From Perkinsus chesapeaki ATCC PRA-425 (Eukaryota > Protista > Perkinsozoa), in assembly GCA_013115145.1 (NCBI GenBank), contig JAAPAO010000047.1, positions 1 through 64,000 of the forward strand: a DNA stretch of 64,000 nucleotides, read 5' to 3'. Below, piece after piece: positions 22,401-33,247 of the stretch. Under the pieces are notes generated by a model that saw only the letters and a list, made by a program, of their open reading frames with translations, was not told the origin of the DNA and ran no database searches. The position numbers and the translations under genes are program-made. Every line of letters starts with the position of its first letter. Position 1 is the first letter of the stretch.

Positions 22401-25400
22401 TCCTCAGATACTTCCAAGAAAAGAACCCCGAGCCGTTAGTCTTCGCGCCTTTCAGTAAAGGCTTCGATGAAGCATGCTATGACAAGATCCCCGGTGTGGA
22501 CCGCCTATCAGTCCTACTTACCGAAGCACTTCGAGATTATAATGAAACCAATGCAGCAATGGACTTGGTCCTCTTCGAAGAGGCCATGAAGCACGTCGGA
22601 AAGATAACAAGAATTATCTCCAACCCGAGCGGTCACGCGCTGCTGGTGGGAGTTGGAGGCAGCGGCCGGCAAAGTTTGAGCAGATTGAGCGCATTTATCG
22701 GGCAATGCACTACGGTTATGATAGTTATATCAGGTAAATCTTGGTAATCTTGCCAAATCTTGCATTTCCTCAACGCTTAGGGAAGTATGGTATGAACGAT
22801 CTTCGTACGGATTTGCAGGCGATGTATACAAAAGCTGGTATCAAGGATGAAGGTGTGATGTTCTTATTTACGGATGGTCAAATCACCAATGAGAAATTCT
22901 TGGTCTTTATAAACGATTTGCTCGCAAGTGGAGATATTGCTGATCTGTAAGAGAGTATCTTTGCGCACTGTGAAGATTTTGGGTTCCCTTAGGTATGCCT
23001 CGGAAGATAAGGACGTTATCAGGAACGCGGTGCGCAGTGCCTGCAAGGGCTCGGGGATTCCGGATACTCCGGAGAATCTTTGGTCGTTCTTCTTGACCCG
23101 CATCCGGAAGAATCTTCATATGAGCATTTGCTTCTCTCCTGTTGGAGATGCGATGAGGTCACGCGCCAGGAAATTCCCCGCGCTTGTGAACTGTACTGTT
23201 ATCGACTGGTTCCAGCCTTGGCCGAAAGATGCGCTCCGCTCCGTCGGAGAGAAGTTCCTTGCTGAGGTGAGCGCCGGGGTTCGAGTCACGCGCCGTAAAA
23301 CTTTTAAAATGCGGAAGACTATTCCGGAGAAGGGTCGGAAAATTTTCCGAGATTTGTGGGAAAATTGATTTGGTCGTAGAAAAGGATACGCGACTTTAGC
23401 ACCGCTCTCAAGATTCAGAGGCAAATCGCGGATGAAAATTTTTTAAATAGGACTTATCTTTCAGGTCGAGCAACTTGGCCCAGCCGACAGTCCTCTTCGT
23501 GCCGGCGTCGTTGAGTTCCTGCCCTTCTCATTCGAAGCTGTCGGACAGCAAAGTGAAAAGTTCATCGAGCGGGAGCGCCGATTCGCCTACACCACACCGA
23601 AGTCCTTCTTGGAGCTCATCAAACTGTACACGTCGATGTTGGGAAAGAAGTTACAAGCCTTGGAGGATAAGCAGTATCGATTGTCCAATGGTTTGGATAA
23701 GTTGAAGGAGACGGCGGAGCAAGTGGCAGGTGAGGTGCCTCTTATAATCTGCCAGGAGCTCGTTTTGATGGGAGAATCGTTGCTCCTATTCATGCGACTT
23801 GATGTGAAATTAATTATTTTCGCGACAGCCTTCCTCAGTCCTTCTACCAACGGGAATATTCTCAAAGTTTCATAGATGCTCTCTTGCCTGCACCTTTTGG
23901 CCTGTGTGAATATTTACTATTACTTTATCATTTTACCATCGGTATAGTTCGATTGCTTCATGCGGGAAATGGTATTATATTGTGATTTTGCATTTCCATT
24001 TTTCCAACTTCCCCGTTTTTCCGTGCCAGTAATTGTACCGCTTATCTACTTTGCGAATTCGGTAAGACAATGCGTACATATTTGCCCATACCTCCACCGG
24101 GGATCGAACCTTGGTCGTTTTAGGTCTGGAGGAAGCCTTGAAGGAAAAGGCGGTGGTTGTCGAACAAAAAGCCAAAGAGGCCGACGCCTTCGCTGAGGAG
24201 GTCGGTCGAGAAAAAACTAAAGTCAACGCGGAGGCGGAGAAAGCGAATACGGAATCTATCTCGTGCGAAGAAATTGCGAAGAACGTTAAGATACAGCAGA
24301 AGAGCTGCGAGGAGGATTTGGCAAAGGCGATCCCGCTGGTGGAGAAAGCAGAGGTAGGAGTTGAGGAAATGCAAGAATTGGCAAGATAGCAAGATTTCAG
24401 GCTGCTCTCGATGTTCTCAATAAGAAGGATTTCCAGGAGTTGAAGTCATTTGCTAAGCCACCAGCTGGAGTCGATAAGGTTTGCGAGGCCTGCATGCATC
24501 TGATGGCTGGGATCGATCCGAGTATCGAGGTCGATAAAAAAGGCAAAGTGAAGGATCCTTCGTGGAAGGGCGCCACAAAAATGATGGGCAATCCTGAGAA
24601 ATTTTTGGAGAGTTTGAAAGCGTTTAAGGGCGAGATTGATGACAGTAATGTGCCGAAACAAAATATTGAATGCGCGCGACCGTTGACGGAAGCGGAGGAT
24701 TTCACCGTGGAGAGCATGAAGAAGAAATCGGCTGCGGCAGCTGGACTGTGCGAGTGGGTTATTAATATTATTATGTAAGTGAGAGGCGTAGCTGCTGATT
24801 AAAGGTGTCTCTGAGAGGGAAATTGGACGTTTTTCCCGGGAAAATATTTGACAAAAAACGTTTTTTCCGGAAAAAAACATTTAGCAGTTTTTGTGGAAAA
24901 ATGTTAAATGATTTTTCCCGGGGGGGAAACGAAATGAGAAGAGATTCTGGCTAAATATACTTAGTACTCTACTGGTCATTGGCTGTGGGATCGAAAAATA
25001 ATATCGTACGATTAAGACGATCTTCATTAATTGTAATTTTCCAACTTTTCTTGGGTAAATCGACGGCACCGAGCAGCATTATCTAATAGTGGGTATCCCT
25101 AGTGTACCTGTTCTATCGATTTATCGAATGGCTCTGTTAGGAAACTATTAACATTGTTGTTTCGCTTAAGGTATTACGACGTTGTCATTACTGTTGAACC
25201 AAAGAAGCAATCCTTGAGGGAGGCCAATGAGATGCTTGCTGCTGCCAATGAGCGCCTTGCCGCAGTCCAAGCCCAAGTGGCGGAATTGCAGGCTCAGCTC
25301 GCCAAGTTGGTAGCGGAATTCGATGCGGCTATTGCCGAGAAAGACGCGGTCATGGCCGAAGCGCAGAAGTGCCAGACTAAGCTTGAAATGGCCCAGAGGC

Positions 25401-28400
25401 TTATAGGGGCTTTGGGGGCAAATGGCGTCATCTGGGAGCAGACCGTCAGCCAGATCGCAGTCGATTTGGAAGTCATGCCGGGTGATGTGCTCGTGGCTTG
25501 CAGCTTTGTCAGTTATGTTGGCGTATTCACGCGCCAATACAGGGAAGAATGTATCAACACCTTTGTGGAGTTCCTGGGGAAGAATAACGTACCGTTGAGC
25601 GCCAGATGCGACCCTTTGGCGATTTTGGCGTCGGAGGCGGAGATGGCCGGCTGGGCAACACAAGGCTTGCCGTCCGATCGAGTGTCTTGCGAGAACGGCG
25701 CAATTATGACCAATTCGGAGCGATGGTGTTTGATAATCGATCCACAGCTGCAGGGCATTACTTGGATCAAGAACAAGGAGGCAAATAACAACTTGCAAGT
25801 GACTAGGATGGGAAGGCCTAAGATGGTTGCAACGTTCGAGGCGTCGTTGGATCAGGGGAAGACGGTGAGCGATTAAGGCGGAATAATTTACCCATTCATA
25901 TAATCGTTCAGGTTCTGATCGAAAATATGGGTGAATCGATTGACGCTGTGCTTGCCCCGGTGATTGGACGCAATACGATCCGCCGAGGGAAGAACAGACT
26001 TATCAAATTGGGGGACAAGGAAATCACTTATAACCCAAACTTTAGACTGTTTATGCAGACTAAGCTCTCGAATCCGCACTACCCACCTGAGATACAAGCT
26101 GAATGTAAGTGATGATAGGAAATAATATAGAGGAAGGGGGAAGTCATCAGACAGTAACGGTTCATAATGGTATCATTTGTCATGGTGCCATTGTAAATTT
26201 CAGAGCCAGACTTGAAAAATTGAACGCAAAACGTCCGCCAAAGTAAATGCAGTGTCTATAATATTGTCGTCTAAATTACATCACTTGGGATTCGAACCTG
26301 TGCAGGTACTATAATTAATTTTACTGTCACAGAACAAGGTCTCGAGGATCAGCTGCTGTTCCTGGTAGTTCGACTGGAGCGTCCAGATCTGGCCAAGCAG
26401 AAGGTACCGTCACTGCGCCACGAAATTGCTCTAGTCTTTTTTATCAGGCGAATCTTATAGTGCAGCAGAATGAGTTCAAGGTTAAGTTGGCCGAGCTGGA
26501 GGCATTGCTGTTGGAGAAGCTGGCGAATTCGGAAGGTAGGTTATCATGGGAACCAGATAGAGTATTTCGTCCATCGCTCCGGAATATGCACTGGGTTTCA
26601 GCGTATTAGTGGATACCTTTTGTTGGCCGCCGCACAAGACTTACTTCCTCCGCTACTCTTATACTTGCTTCTCTTGGGCTGCATCTGAAGTGTATGAGAA
26701 CTACGATCGTTTTGTGATAGAATACCGCGAATGGATAATATATGGTATAAACGGGAAACCGCATAATCTCGTACGTTATTGGTTTTATATAGTAATCTGC
26801 TCCGACTCGAGCTCCTAGCCGATTGACATGGTAATTCTGTCAGGGGACATCCTCGATGATGTCGATTTGATCCTGTCTCTGGAGGAGGCAAAGAAAACTT
26901 CCGATGAAGTTAAGGAAAAGGTTGTGGTAGCTCAAGATACGGAAGCCAGAATCAACGAGACTTCGGAGAACTATCGACCCTCTGCTAACCGAGGAGCTTT
27001 GCTGTTCTTCCTCCTCATGGATCTTTGCAAGGTCCACAGTTTCTACAAGTAAGCTCGGAAGAATCCCGGAAACTTGCAGGCTGAAAAGGTGGCGGAGTTG
27101 AGAGTCGCAATAGATGGGTTGATGAACTGGACATGCTGATTTATTAGTGTTGATAATAGGCTTACAGAACTGAACTACGTGTAGCCCTACTTAAACCCGA
27201 TATAGAAATTACACATCACGATCAACTTTGAACTATAAGGATCAGTTAAAATATTATCTACCTATCACATGTCTACCGATTATATATTTAGAGTATTAAC
27301 TATACCACAACACAAGCCAGCGGGCCCTTTGAGTTCAAACTGCTGCGTATGAGATGGTATTAGGCCGAGTAGAGTAGGATTATTCTAGTTATATTCAATC
27401 TTCATATTCCATTATTCTGAGGCTTTCATTTCCTTAGATACTCCTTGGATGCCTTCGTTCAAGTTGTGACGAGAGCCGTGGAATCTGTCTCCCTACGAAA
27501 GCCTAAGGTAGACCCTAAAGCAGTTAAGGCTGAAGTTAAGGAGGCTGAACAAGAGGAAGGAAATACTGCTGAGGCTCAGGAAGGTGAGACGAAATTCGGG
27601 GGAAAATTTCAGTCGATTTCAAAGATTTTTTGGAAAAATAATATATTTTTGATGAATTCAGCGCAACTAGGTTGATTTGAAGTCTGTCTTTTTTGTGGTA
27701 GAAACCATTCGCTTAACCGCAGTTCGTCCGGAAGGAGATATATTTTCAGATATGGCCGGCGATGATTTTGGTAATGATGATGAAGTAGAGGAAGAGGCAG
27801 AGGCTGAAGAACAGGAAGAACCTAAGGAAGAGGAGGAAGAGGTTAGCTTAGCTGTTATCGATCACGTGATCGATTTGGAAGTTGATCAGGTTATCGAGCT
27901 AACAGGAAAAGATCTGCTTCACCGTGTTGAGCTGCTGATGCAAGTGATTACGGTTTTCACATACAGCTACACTCGTCGTGGATTGTTTGACAAACACAAG
28001 CTCATCGTGGCGAGTCTGCTTTGCCTTCGTATACTGGTGAGGAACAAGGTCGTCACACAAAGCGAAGTTGATGTAGGAGGATTTCTCACGCGCCATTAAA
28101 CTATCAAGTTCTCGTCGGTTAGATACTTATTCGAGCTCCTCCAGATCCGTCAGCTCCACCCATGCCGGATCAAATGAAAAGTTGGCTTACTGAAGGTAAG
28201 GGAATATTATCTGATGATTCGTACTTTTACGGTGGCTTCGGGCTAGTAGGGAATGATGTTAGTTTATAATGTGAACGATAGTGAATAGTAAATTGCCCCA
28301 GTCCGCTCGGAAAATTTCTGATATCTTTCGCAGTAAGGGTTCGTCTTCTATCACCCTCAAACGAATGAGGTATTGAGACGGGAACAGGTAGCTCTGTAGA

Positions 28401-31400
28401 TGGTGGTATTCAAGTCGGAGGCGAGCGCAGGAAAATCCAGAACTGCTACAAACTATGGATCGCCTGATGCTCCCCCATGGCAACAGCTTGACCTGGGTCA
28501 CATGAAGCCAATTCCCTGTGGCGACGTATAGTTGTCGGATTTTTTATTGTATCGACTGGGTTCTACGAGGTTGTGTGGAGCTGACAAATTCGCGGCACTC
28601 ACCCGCACGTTGCTTTAATTATTTGGAAGTCGAGAGAAGGGGCTCTTGTTTGTTCACCATCTTTCTTAGTTATCTGGCAACAGTTGAAGACTGTCGAGAC
28701 CATCCCTGCTTTCAAGAGTTCCAGTTCTGGTGCTTTGACACAGAATATTGAACAAGATTCGCTGGGATGGAAGAGATGGTACGGAGGCTACCATCCAAAC
28801 TGTTCGAAGGGTTCCCTCGAGGGAATATATAACTGAACTCCCTTTCGTTTCGATAAAATAAAGCCCGAGGAGCAGTTTGCCGATCCTTTCTTATTTGCTT
28901 CGCTCCGCCAATTTCCGTCTATGTCTCATCAGGTACGCCGAAGCTGCGGCGGAGATTGCTGATCTGCCACGTTCATTCAGAGACCTTTCTCCGTTCCACA
29001 GGCTGGTGAGACGCGGGATAATTTCTTGGCGCGTGACTTTTCTTTCTTTTAGTTATTGCTGCGTGTGCTGCGACCAGATAGGCTTTCTGCTGCCTTGACC
29101 CAGTTTGTGAATGACAACCTTGGATCTGACTTCGTTGAGCAAGCGCCGTTCGACATGGACGCCACTTTCGTAGAGAGCAGTAACCTCACGCCGTTGTTCT
29201 TTGTAAGTCTTTCGTCAATGTCGAATGTCGGAGGTCACGGAGGTCGTATTGACCATACTGTTAGATGTTCCAAGAAGGAGGAATGTGTGATTTTCCTTTT
29301 GGTTTTGTGGGATTACGACACAAAAAGCCAACTCGAATAGAGTCCTAGGAAAAGTGAAGAAGCGTTAGACTCGAAACCCATTTCAGAAGTGTTTCCTTAA
29401 AGGAACACTCTTAGTAAAGAGTGCCTTCAAGAGTGACTTTTCGATCTCATATGAATTTCCTTCCACGGCGTTTGGTGACGACGCATGCGTGAGATTTTGT
29501 CGGCTATTTTTCAGCTACCGTTTGATTTCCGAGCTTGTTCAGGTACTGTTCCCTGGTGTTGACCCAACTCCGACTGTCGAGTACATGGCAAAGAAGATTG
29601 GTATAACCGAAGCTAACGGGAAGTTTGTTAATATTTCCATGGGACAAGGCCAAGAGCAAATAGCTGTTAATGCGCTCAATGCGTGTGCTGAAGAAGGTGG
29701 ATGGGTTATGTTACAGAACGTAAGATAGGCATTAATACGGCTTCTCTAATGGTGCAATAATCTTAATTCACTTTTCTATTTTTCTATATCTGTGCTATCG
29801 ACTTGTCCGCTTCTGAACAATGTTTCCTAGACCACTCCTCCTCCTCCTCCTCCAACAGTCATGGAGCTCGGGACTCTTGTTCATTGATGTTATTGTCATT
29901 TCAATGTTAATGTCGAGGATTGTATATTATTTTTCAAGGTGCACTTGATGCAAGGCTGGTTGAAGTCGTTCGAAAGAGCTCTAGAAGTTGTGGAAGAGTT
30001 CGCCCATGAGGACTTCCGCTGTATAATTACGTCGGAGCCTCCGCCAGCGATGTTCCCGCTCATGGATTTGGTGCCGGAAAGTGTCCTACAGAAATGCATT
30101 AAGATTGCTGACGAGGCGCCACAGGATCTCAAGTGAGTGTTTGTGAACGTTGTAGGGTCGTTGATCCGAGTCGCGTCTGCTATCACACCCCAGGACTGTC
30201 CTGTCCCATCCTCACGAAAATGTGATGTTCTTTGAGGGTGGAAAGTTATCTCTGATCTCGTAGAGTTATATACTTCGATATGGAGAATGTTTCTAAAGCT
30301 AAAAGAAATATGAACTGTATTCCGGCTTCTGGGAACGCTCAGATGTTGTTGTCCTATGACCTAGGCTACCGACGAGTATCCAAGTGTGGCTTTTACTGAT
30401 ATTATCGTCTGTCAGATCCAACATTCGCCGAGCATGGTCTAAATTCAACCAGGAACAACTCGATAACAGTTCAAAGCCTAGAGAGTTCAAAAGCTGCCTG
30501 TTTGCCTTATGCTTCTTCCACGCACTTGTGGTGGGACGGAAGCGATTTGGCCCACAGGGATGGAGTCGGGCATATCCTTTCAATGATGGCGATCTGACGA
30601 TCTGTGGCAGCGTGCTCAACAACTACCTTGAAAAGTAAGCGAATATCTTTGGTTGACGTGTGCATTTGACAATGCTCCAGGTACGAGCAAGTTCCTTGGC
30701 CTGATCTTCGATATATTTTCGGTGAAATTATGTACGGTGGTCACATTACAGACCAGTGGGATAGGCGGACCAACAACACATATCTGGCAACTTTAATTGT
30801 TCCGGATTTGCTACAGAATATGAATCTTGCTCCTGGATTCAAGTCACCCGATTCCAACAAGCTTGATTATGCCGCCTACACGAAGTACATAGACGAGCGG
30901 ATGCCACCAGAAGCCCCTCAGATGTTCGGTCTTCATCCGAATGCGGAAATTGGTTATCTTACTACTCAAGGCGGGGCGATTTTCCAGACAATTCTGGAGT
31001 TACAGGGCGGAAGTGGTGGAGGCTCCTCTGGAGACATGATGGCCGGCGTGGGAGAGATCATTACGACCTATTTGGAATCTTTGCCGGAGAACTTAGATAT
31101 GATAGAAATACGAGCTAACATAACAGAGTGGACGCCTTATATTATCGTCAGTCTTCAAGAGAGCGAGAGGATGAACGTCTTGCTCAGCGAGATTCGCCGA
31201 TCTTTGACTGAACTCGAAATGGGTCTTAGTGGCGCGCTGAATGTTACCGAAGCCATGGAAACATTGGCCAATAGTCTTTCTCTTAACAAAGTCAATCCAA
31301 CTTGGGAAAAACGCGCCTATTGGAGCCTGAAAAATCTTGCGGGTGAGTATCTCGTTGGATATTCTGGTGGCCTGGTTTAGCATAATTCGTCTTTAGGTTG

Positions 31401-32413
31401 GTATTCTGATCTCCTCCAACGCGTTGCACAGCTAGAGGAGTGGACATCTAAGCTGACACTACTGAAGTCATTGTGGATATCAGGGCTCTTCAACCCAATG
31501 AGCTTCCTTACAGCTGTTATGCAAGTAAGGCGTTGGCTCGGCAAGCAGGGAACAGAGGAGCAGTGCGTGCGCGTCGTTCGGTGGAATAACTGGAGCAAGC
31601 TTGAGCTATAAGACTAGGAGAATTTAACTGTGTAACTTGGCTTATGAAATAGTCGTCCCTCAGCATTCTTCTTTGTCGGGACCACGCCAGGGCACTGTAC
31701 GTTGTAGTAGGGTATAGAGATCCAATAGTAGTATAAAGTAGATGCAATAGTATAAAGAGCGTACTATTATCGTACGCGTACGTAATGGCTGAATTCTATC
31801 GTTCACAATACTAGATGTCGATGAAGATTAGAAAGGTTTGGATATACCATTTCTCAGGTGACTGCTCGTGAGTATTCCCTTCCGCTTGATTACATGACAA
31901 ATCGTTGCTTTTTCACCAACTTCACCGATCCTAACGGTGACCTCGGACCAGGCGGTGTTCCAGCTAAGGGAGTGTAAGAGAATTATATCCATCGCCACCT
32001 TTCAGTTGTGCCATTGGCTTTGATAGATACTGTCATGGCTTCTTTCTAGAAGGTGCTGGATGGGAACTCGGCAAGGGCGACGAGGAGGGGTAAGGCTATC
32101 TCGTCGTGGCTTTCGAGCACAATTTTCCGAGGTACATCACGGACTCGAGACTGAAGGAGCTTCACCCAGTGATGCCAGTATTGAACGTGTTCGCCGTTCA
32201 TGTCGATGAGATGTCCTGGGAGGGAATGTATCACTGTCCGGTCTTCATCACTAGTATGCGAGGACCGACATATGTCTTCCAGGTGAGAGCTATCTCTAGC
32301 GTGGAATTGATCGCAATATTGATCGCTTTTAGGCGAATCTTCGCATGGACGCTGACGACACGGAAGCACGCTGGGTCCTCGCTGGCGCAGCGTTGTTGTT
32401 AACGGATGACTAG
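10443..32413 (+). CDS. ODA11/DYH5-like: Axonemal outer-arm dynein heavy chain with N-terminal kelch beta-propeller, IPT/TIG and filamin-like Ig domains (Chlamydomonas alpha-HC ODA11 / Tetrahymena DYH5 class), dozens of introns
   Basis: Exon 1 kelch repeats (PRSGHT, PGRTLHT, PRANHT, ARSGHG). IPT exon [13 protein letters not shown] (~12930). Filamin exon YGPGLL...[11 protein letters not shown]...GSPF (13660-14020). Linker [14 protein letters not shown]1 [14 protein letters not shown] and [10 protein letters not shown]; AAA2 GPPGSFKS; AAA3 GLAGCGKT; AAA4 GVGGSGRQS; stalk/MTBD; AAA5-6; ends [17 protein letters not shown] 32411-32413. Confidence 0.95.
11897..12272. repeat. 21-bp AT-rich minisatellite in dynein intron 1, interrupted by an assembly gap
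   Basis: Unit GTATATTATTGTTATATAAAT with TAC/TAT variants on both sides of the N run. Confidence 0.97.
11988..12087. other. Assembly gap (100 N)
   Basis: Run of n characters. Confidence 1.
12518..12554 (-). repeat. Intronic tRNA 3'-half-like fragment, antisense
   Basis: GAATACCAGAGGGGCGCAGGTTCGATCCCCGGTAGCT near the donor of a dynein intron. Confidence 0.65.
17383..17417 (-). repeat. Intronic tRNA 3'-half-like fragment, antisense, adjacent to the donor
   Basis: TCTCTCATCCGAAAGGTCGCAGGTTCGATCCCCAC; intron GT at 17379. Confidence 0.7.
17909..17934 (+). repeat. Intronic tRNA T-arm-like fragment, sense
   Basis: GGTCGCGGGTTCGAACCCTGGTAGCG in the 50-nt intron 17900-17949. Confidence 0.7.
19620..19636 (+). 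repeat. GCWTCGCTCCGCTA intronic motif
   Basis: GCGCTTCGCTCCGCTAG in a dynein intron. Confidence 0.75.
20423..20442 (+). repeat. GCGCCACGAAATTG intronic motif
   Basis: GTCAGTGCGCCACGAAATTG. Confidence 0.75.
23271..23295 (+). repeat. Intronic B-box-like fragment overlapping a TCACGCGCC motif
   Basis: AGCGCCGGGGTTCGAGTCACGCGCC right after the donor. Confidence 0.45.
24091..24123 (-). repeat. Intronic tRNA 3'-half-like fragment, antisense, adjacent to the acceptor
   Basis: CTAAAACGACCAAGGTTCGATCCCCGGTGGAGG; acceptor AG at 24122-24123. Confidence 0.65.
26282..26305 (-). repeat. Intronic tRNA T-arm-like fragment, antisense, adjacent to the acceptor
   Basis: CTGCACAGGTTCGAATCCCAAGTG; acceptor CAG ends at 26305. 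Confidence 0.6.
26409..26428 (+). repeat. GCGCCACGAAATTG intronic motif
   Basis: GTCACTGCGCCACGAAATTG in the 44-nt intron 26404-26447. Confidence 0.75.
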
Positions 32414-33247
32414 TCACGTTGCGTGCATGGCCATTATGATGTCGTTACTAGGAGATAGTTGTGTTATTACAGTGTGAATAAACCTGTATGCAGGGAGTCG
32501 CATGGTTCAGAAGTACATGCGATATTGTTACTGTCGGATGCTAAACGAGAGTATCGGCAAACGCACGGTGTGCGTCGTTGAAGCAGCGTTGCACAGCAAG
32601 AATTGTTTGTACCAAGATGTTATGGCGGCGAGTGTTGTCATCTATTATTGATGAATAACGGCTTATACCGCATCTGGAGTTCTGAATATCGTATTACATT
32701 GATAGCACGGATTCGGTTAACCCAACATGAACGTGCGCAAACGGGAAAAATGATCCGAACAATACGTACGAACGTCGCATCCGTTCATACCACACAAAGC
32801 ATCGCGATGCGCCTGCCTTCCCACTTCCCCACCGTCTCTCCTGCTTGGGCCATCTGTCCCATCGGGGCTCTGCCCTTGCATCCAAGAGTACAGAGATTGT
32901 AACCAACACAGCAAAGGAACTGAGTAAATGTTTGTAGCTAGGATTCCAGCCAACGATTTGAAGGGAGAACAGCTAAATACGAGGGATATAATAATGGGCC
33001 ACCTTTAATAACTGAGTTATCGAATGTCATCGGCTTACACGTCGTGGTAATCCTAAGTAATCCTGTTAGTCACTAGCATACCTGACATTCGGCCCCCAGA
33101 GTGATCCAAATTCAGTGAGTTTTGTCATCATGTGAACACCGAGCGAAGGGACGCGGTATGAGCGTGCATAGCTTTTACGCGAGCACGGCCGCAGCTCGCT
33201 TCGACAGGCTTTTCAGTAAGCTCTTGGATTCCCCGACATTATTATTT

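Noticed and set aside
16158-25798. Long minus-strand ORFs (250, 178, 210 aa and others) opposite the dynein
   Set aside because: Antisense shadows of well-conserved plus-strand exons.
28440-28490. Intronic snippet resembling flanking dynein exon ends (GCTCCCCCATG, TGGCAACAG)
   Set aside because: Matches are short and gapped, so cannot be distinguished from chance.
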